Shown one piece after another: positions 16,115-20,000 of a stretch of DNA of 20,000 bases. The translations under genes were made by a program, and so were the position numbers. The DNA is from a bacterium (lineage in GTDB: Bacteria; J088; JAWLBW01): positions 195,295-215,294 of the forward strand of contig JAWLHK010000008.1 of assembly GCA_041690355.1 (NCBI GenBank). Reading direction: 5' to 3'. A model generated the notes under the pieces. That model saw only the letters and a list, made by a program, of their open reading frames with translations, was not told the DNA's origin and searched no databases. Within the stretch, counting starts at the first letter, position 1. The number at the start of each line of letters is the position of its first letter.

Positions 16115-17098
16115 ATGGCGCCGCGCATCGAGCCGAAGGACGAATCCGCCGACGTGAGTCTCAAGGTCGGAATCTCCAGCTGCCTGCTCGGCGAGCACGT
16201 GCGCTGGGATGCCGGGCACAAGCGCGATACCTTTCTTGTCGACGTGCTCGGGCCCTACGTGACCTGGGTGCCCGTCTGCCCTGAATTCGAGGCGGGCATG
16301 GGGGTTCCGCGTGAGCCGGTGCACCTCGTGCGCACGGGCGACGGCCTGCAGATGCGCGGTGTCAAGAGCGAGACCGACTGGACCGCGGCCATGGAGACCT
16401 GGGCGCGGCGCCGCGTGCGCGAGCTCGAGAAGCAGGATCTCTGCGGGTTCGTGCTCAAGAAGGGTTCCCCCAGTTGCGGCATGGAGCGCGTGAAGGTCTT
16501 CGCCCCGCCGGCGCCCCCGCGGCGCGAGGGGCGCGGCCTGTTCGCCTCCGCGCTGCTGCGCCGGCTCTCGGATCTTCCGGTCGAAGAGGAGGGGCGCCTC
16601 AACGACCCGGTGCTGCGCGAGAACTTCATCGAGCGGCTCTTCGCGTACCAGCGCCTGCGCACCCTGTTCGCTGCGCGGTGGACCGTGGGACGTCTGGTCG
16701 ATTTTCACGCCCGGCAGAAGCTGCAGATCATGGCCCACTCGCCGCAGGCCTATCGTCAACTGGGGCGGCTGGTGGCCGAGGCGAAGCAGCATTCCCGCGA
16801 AGTCGTGCGCGAAACCTATGTCCGTGATTTCATGGCCGCGCTCAGCCTGCGCGCAACCCGCGGGAGGCAGATGAACGTGCTGCAGCACTGCGCGGGCTAT
16901 TTCCGCGACCGGCTCGATCGGCGCGCGCGCGCCGAGGTCCGCGGCGTGCTCGAGGAGTACGAGCGCGGCCTGGTGCCGCTCGTGGTCCCCATCACCCTGA
17001 TCCGCCACTACGCACGTCTGCTCGACATTGAGTACCTGGCCGAGCAGACCTATCTGGAGCCGCACCCGCGCGAGATGATGCTGCGGAATCGCGTGTAG
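16115..17098 (+). CDS. DUF523 (TudS-like thio-desulfidase) + DUF1722 fusion protein, YbgA/RudS-like
   Basis: VGISSCLLGEHVRWDAGHKRD, VPVCPEFEAGMGVPRE, KGSPSCG (three Fe-S cysteines), PVEEEGRLNDPVLRENFIER, FHARQKLQIMAHS, YLEPHPREMMLRNRV; probable start at 16115. Confidence 0.92.
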   Translation: MAPRIEPKDESADVSLKVGISSCLLGEHVRWDAGHKRDTFLVDVLGPYVTWVPVCPEFEAGMGVPREPVHLVRTGDGLQMRGVKSETDWTAAMETWARRRVRELEKQDLCGFVLKKGSPSCGMERVKVFAPPAPPRREGRGLFASALLRRLSDLPVEEEGRLNDPVLRENFIERLFAYQRLRTLFAARWTVGRLVDFHARQKLQIMAHSPQAYRQLGRLVAEAKQHSREVVRETYVRDFMAALSLRATRGRQMNVLQHCAGYFRDRLDRRARAEVRGVLEEYERGLVPLVVPITLIRHYARLLDIEYLAEQTYLEPHPREMMLRNRV

Positions 17099-17139
17099 CG
17101 CGCGCTTTCCCGGCACGCACGCGCCGCCCGGGCGCGCGC

Positions 17140-17169
17140 ATTCCTGATTCCTGATTCTTGATTCCTGAT
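17140..17169. repeat. Heptamer tandem array (ATTCCTG)x4
   Basis: ATTCCTG ATTCCTG ATTCTTG ATTCCTG AT, directly after a GC-rich inverted repeat (17098-17139). Confidence 0.85.
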
Positions 17170-17197
17170 CTGTCTCGGGCAGAGGGTTCATCGGTGA

Positions 17198-17397
17198 CCG
17201 TTCGCCCTGAGGAGCCGGGCCTCAGAAACCGATGTGCACAGTTCGACGAGATTTTTACCGCACACATCCATGCCGGCGTCTCGAAGGGCCAGCGCCGCAT
17301 GGACCGTGGGTTCAAGGACAAACCCTCACTCCGTACTTCTGCTGCGAGCAAGGTCGCGCAGACATTCTGCCTCCTCGACAGGCGCGGGAGAGAACGG
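17198..17397. repeat. Degenerate 200-bp CCGTTCG...GAACGG palindromic element
   Basis: Starts ccgttcgccctgaggagcc, contains ggcgtctcgaagggc, ends cctcgacaggcgcgggagagaacgg; termini are related to those of the 15814-15943 element. Confidence 0.55.
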
Positions 17398-17432
17398 GTT
17401 CACGGCTGGCAACAAAGTGCTAGGTAATCCCA

Positions 17433-17474
17433 CGATCTGCGAACCACGAGCTACCAGCTACGAACATCGAACGA
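17433..17474. repeat. Degenerate heptamer array (CGAGCTA-type)x6
   Basis: CGATCTG CGAACCA CGAGCTA CCAGCTA CGAACAT CGAACGA. Confidence 0.6.
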
Positions 17475-17485
17475 AAAGCTCCCGC

Positions 17486-17514
17486 ATGCCACCCCCCGCG
17501 TTCCGTGGTACGAT
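17486..17514 (+). promoter_or_regulatory. Sigma70-type promoter for the large lipoprotein gene
   Basis: ATGCCA, 17-nt spacer ending TGg, TACGAT (17509-17514); AGGAGG SD at 17531-17536 before ATG 17543. Confidence 0.55.
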
Positions 17515-17542
17515 TCCCGGCGCAAGGCAAAGGAGGCGTACC

Positions 17543-19909
17543 ATGCGGCGGATACTTCTGTTCTCGGCGGCGCTCTGGATGACGGCCTGTGAGAATGAGC
17601 CGCCTGCCGATCGGCGCGATACCACCGGCAACGAGGACCAGGAGGATCCCACGGCATTGGAGGCCCCGGTGCTGACGGCGACCGCGCGGGCCGAAGCCAT
17701 TGACCTGGATTGGACCGCAGTGGAAGGGGCGACCGGCTACGTGCTGCGACGCACAGACACAGCGGGCGGGCCCTACACGGAAATCTATTCCGGCGAAGCG
17801 CGTACGTTTGCGGATGAAGGGCATTCGCCCGGCACGACGTTCCATTACGTGGTCCGCGCGAAGAATGCCGATGGGGAGGGTCCCGATTCCGCCGAAGCGT
17901 CGGCGACCGTGAAGTATCCCGCGGCCGCCGCGCCGGCTACGGTGGCGGTCGTGGGGGCCGACGCGAGCGCCCGCCTCTACTGGGCGGCGGCAGAAGGTGC
18001 CGTCGACTACTCGATCGTCCGCACGCAATCGGGCGTCGCGACGACGCTCGGTCCCGCGACCGGAACGCACTTTGCGGACACCGGTCTGCGCAACGGCCGC
18101 ACGGTCTCCTACGTCGTGAATGCGCGGAATCAGGACGGCACGCCGACGCCGTCGACCACGGTGACGGTCACGCCGCTCGCCCCGCCCCGCGACATCTGCG
18201 TTTCTTCGTCTCTCGACGACTCGGTTCACGTGTTCCGCTCGAACGCGGAAGGGATCGGAAGTCCGCACCGGACGCTCGCCGGCAATTCGCTCCTCTCGGA
18301 TCCGGTGGATGCGGCGGTCGACGGATTCAACGATGCGATCCTGGTTCTCGACGCTTCGGGTTCGAAAGTGCTTGCGTTCTCGCTGATGGATCGCACGCCG
18401 CTGCGGGAACTTGCCGACCCCGCCTGGTCGGCGCCGACGGCCATCACGATCGACGCCGTGCGCGGCGAGCTCTGGGTGGCCGACGGCGACGGCACCGTCT
18501 ACGCCTATGCCGCCACCGATGCGGGCACGGGGACGCAGCTGCGGTCCGTTGCGACGGGGCAGACGGCGATCGTGGACCTCGATATCGATCCGATACACGG
18601 CGAGCTGTTCACCGCGAGCGCCACGCAGGTCAAGGCCTGGCCCGTGACGACAACCACGTCGCACCTGTTGCGCCGGTACCCGAAGACGGGTTCGTTCACG
18701 GGGCTGCGGGCGGTCGCGTACCTGCCGGGCTGGGATCGGCTGGCTTTCGGCGAGGTCTTCTCGGCGCAGGAGTCGCGGCTGCGGAGCGCCAGGCGGTGCG
18801 GGACCACCTGCGTCGAGGCGGGCGACGTGCAGCAGCATACCAGCCTGTCCTACGCGCGCATCTTCAACTTCGCCGCGCTGCAGTACGATCGGAAGCGGGA
18901 GCGCATCCTGGCCCTCTCGGACGCCTACAAGAGCGCCGGTCCCATGATGTACGTCTGGGGACTCTCGGCCGGGGGAACGCCGGGGACGATCGCGTTGTCG
19001 GCGCGAAGCGATTTCACGCTGACCGCGCCCGCGCCGGTGACGGGGATGACGCTGGATACCGAGCGTGACCAGTACTGGCTTGCCGGCGGAACGTATGCGC
19101 GGGCCTACGATCTGGCCGATCTCGATGGCGACGCGTTGCGGTCGGTGGGGACCACGAACGGACTCTCGCTGCCGCGGCGCATCGTCTCCGATTCCGCGAA
19201 TGGGGAACTGTACGTGCTCAACGCCGGGTCGGGCGCCATCACCGTGTTCCCCTGGAATACGGACGGCGCCGTCTCGCCCACGCGCACCGTTACGGCGACG
19301 GGCGGCGAACCGTTCGACGGCGAACTCGTGTACGCAGAATCCGCCGGTAAAGTCTTCGCCCGCGCCGGCACCACGACCGTGGTCGGCTTCCCGCGCACTG
19401 CCGACGGAACGGTCGACGTCACGACGGCCGAGCGGATCGCAGAGGCGCCGTGGAAGCTCTCGGCCCTGGCGTGGGACGCTGTTCAGAGCCGGCTGGTAGG
19501 CCATGCGCATACGGGCGCGAACACGTATGGATTCTATTCCTGGAACGCAAGTCTCGGCACCGCGCTCTGGAGCGCGAACGACGCTCTTCTCATCGGCAGC
19601 GACAACCAGTCGCTCGCCGCGCACGCGGGCCGTCTCCGGCTGCTCTACAGCCTGGGCAACCTACGGGATTACACGGTGAGCGGAACGTCGATCACGAACG
19701 GGGGTATCCACTTCATTTCCGGCTACACGTCGCCATGGAGCACGCTGCTGCACGATACACGCAATCACCAGCTGCTCGTGGGGATCGGGGGGCGCATCTA
19801 CACGATTCCCGACGAGCCGGAGACGGTGGCCATCACGCCCGACCGCGAGCTGAACGTGAGCGCCTCTGTGGGGAATGATATCCGGGGGATGGCGTTCTGT
19901 TCACCTTGA
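17543..19909 (+). CDS. Large surface lipoprotein (788 aa): two fibronectin type III domains plus NHL/YVTN-like beta-propeller repeats
   Basis: MRRILLFSAALWMTAC lipoprotein signal after AGGAGG. FN3 motifs IDLDWTAVEGATGYVLRR...FHYVVRAKNADGEGPDS and RLYWAAAEGAVDYSI...FADTGLRNGRTVSYVVNARN. Propeller blades LSDPVDAAVD, APTAITIDAVRGELWVAD, LSLPRRIVSDSANGELYVLN. Confidence 0.85.
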   Translation: MRRILLFSAALWMTACENEPPADRRDTTGNEDQEDPTALEAPVLTATARAEAIDLDWTAVEGATGYVLRRTDTAGGPYTEIYSGEARTFADEGHSPGTTFHYVVRAKNADGEGPDSAEASATVKYPAAAAPATVAVVGADASARLYWAAAEGAVDYSIVRTQSGVATTLGPATGTHFADTGLRNGRTVSYVVNARNQDGTPTPSTTVTVTPLAPPRDICVSSSLDDSVHVFRSNAEGIGSPHRTLAGNSLLSDPVDAAVDGFNDAILVLDASGSKVLAFSLMDRTPLRELADPAWSAPTAITIDAVRGELWVADGDGTVYAYAATDAGTGTQLRSVATGQTAIVDLDIDPIHGELFTASATQVKAWPVTTTTSHLLRRYPKTGSFTGLRAVAYLPGWDRLAFGEVFSAQESRLRSARRCGTTCVEAGDVQQHTSLSYARIFNFAALQYDRKRERILALSDAYKSAGPMMYVWGLSAGGTPGTIALSARSDFTLTAPAPVTGMTLDTERDQYWLAGGTYARAYDLADLDGDALRSVGTTNGLSLPRRIVSDSANGELYVLNAGSGAITVFPWNTDGAVSPTRTVTATGGEPFDGELVYAESAGKVFARAGTTTVVGFPRTADGTVDVTTAERIAEAPWKLSALAWDAVQSRLVGHAHTGANTYGFYSWNASLGTALWSANDALLIGSDNQSLAAHAGRLRLLYSLGNLRDYTVSGTSITNGGIHFISGYTSPWSTLLHDTRNHQLLVGIGGRIYTIPDEPETVAITPDRELNVSASVGNDIRGMAFCSP

Positions 19910-19930
19910 GGATGTTCGTGGTGCACAGGC

Positions 19931-19977
19931 GGAGTGGGGGAGTGGGGGAGGGGGAGAGTGGGGGATGAAACAAGGGC
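19931..19977 (+). repeat. G-tract repeat copy 3
   Basis: ggagtgggggagtgggggagggggagagtgggggatgaaacaagggc; followed by hairpin CAAGGGCC...GGCCCTTG (19971-20000). Confidence 0.8.
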
Positions 19978-20000
19978 CCCGTGCACCCACGCGGCCCTTG

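Noticed and set aside
17234..17542. 103-aa N-terminal extension of the FN3 lipoprotein
   Set aside because: Runs through repeats; a strong AGGAGG SD and a signal peptide mark ATG 17543.
17420..19624. 734-aa minus-strand ORF
   Set aside because: Arg/Gly-rich antisense shadow of the lipoprotein gene.

Overview
GC-rich bacterial window, probably from a Myxococcota/Deltaproteobacteria-type genome (inferred from the hslU-argB-argD-argF-argG order and from MshEN-only and wHTH-J-TPR proteins). Bases 1-7224 (+) are a tightly coupled run: hslU (partial), argB, argD, argF, a J-domain/TPR protein, argG and a MoxR AAA+ ATPase; argH is absent. Next come rsmI and a small ORF (-), then a two-gene unit (+) encoding an MshEN/GAF-like protein without an ATPase domain and a GH2 beta-mannosidase-like protein that appears to lack both catalytic glutamates. 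Then tal, csaA, a lone mlaF-type ATPase and cutA (-), and finally an Ig-domain lipoprotein, a DUF523-DUF1722 (YbgA/RudS-like) protein and a large FN3/beta-propeller lipoprotein (+). The intergenic DNA is strongly patterned. It holds many different 7-bp-period tandem arrays, a CCGTTCG...CGAACGG palindromic element family bracketed by those arrays, three copies of a G-tract-CAAGGGC repeat, and several promoters with leaderless geometry. No tRNA, rRNA, CRISPR array or transposase was recognised. All family calls come from motif recognition, not database searches.
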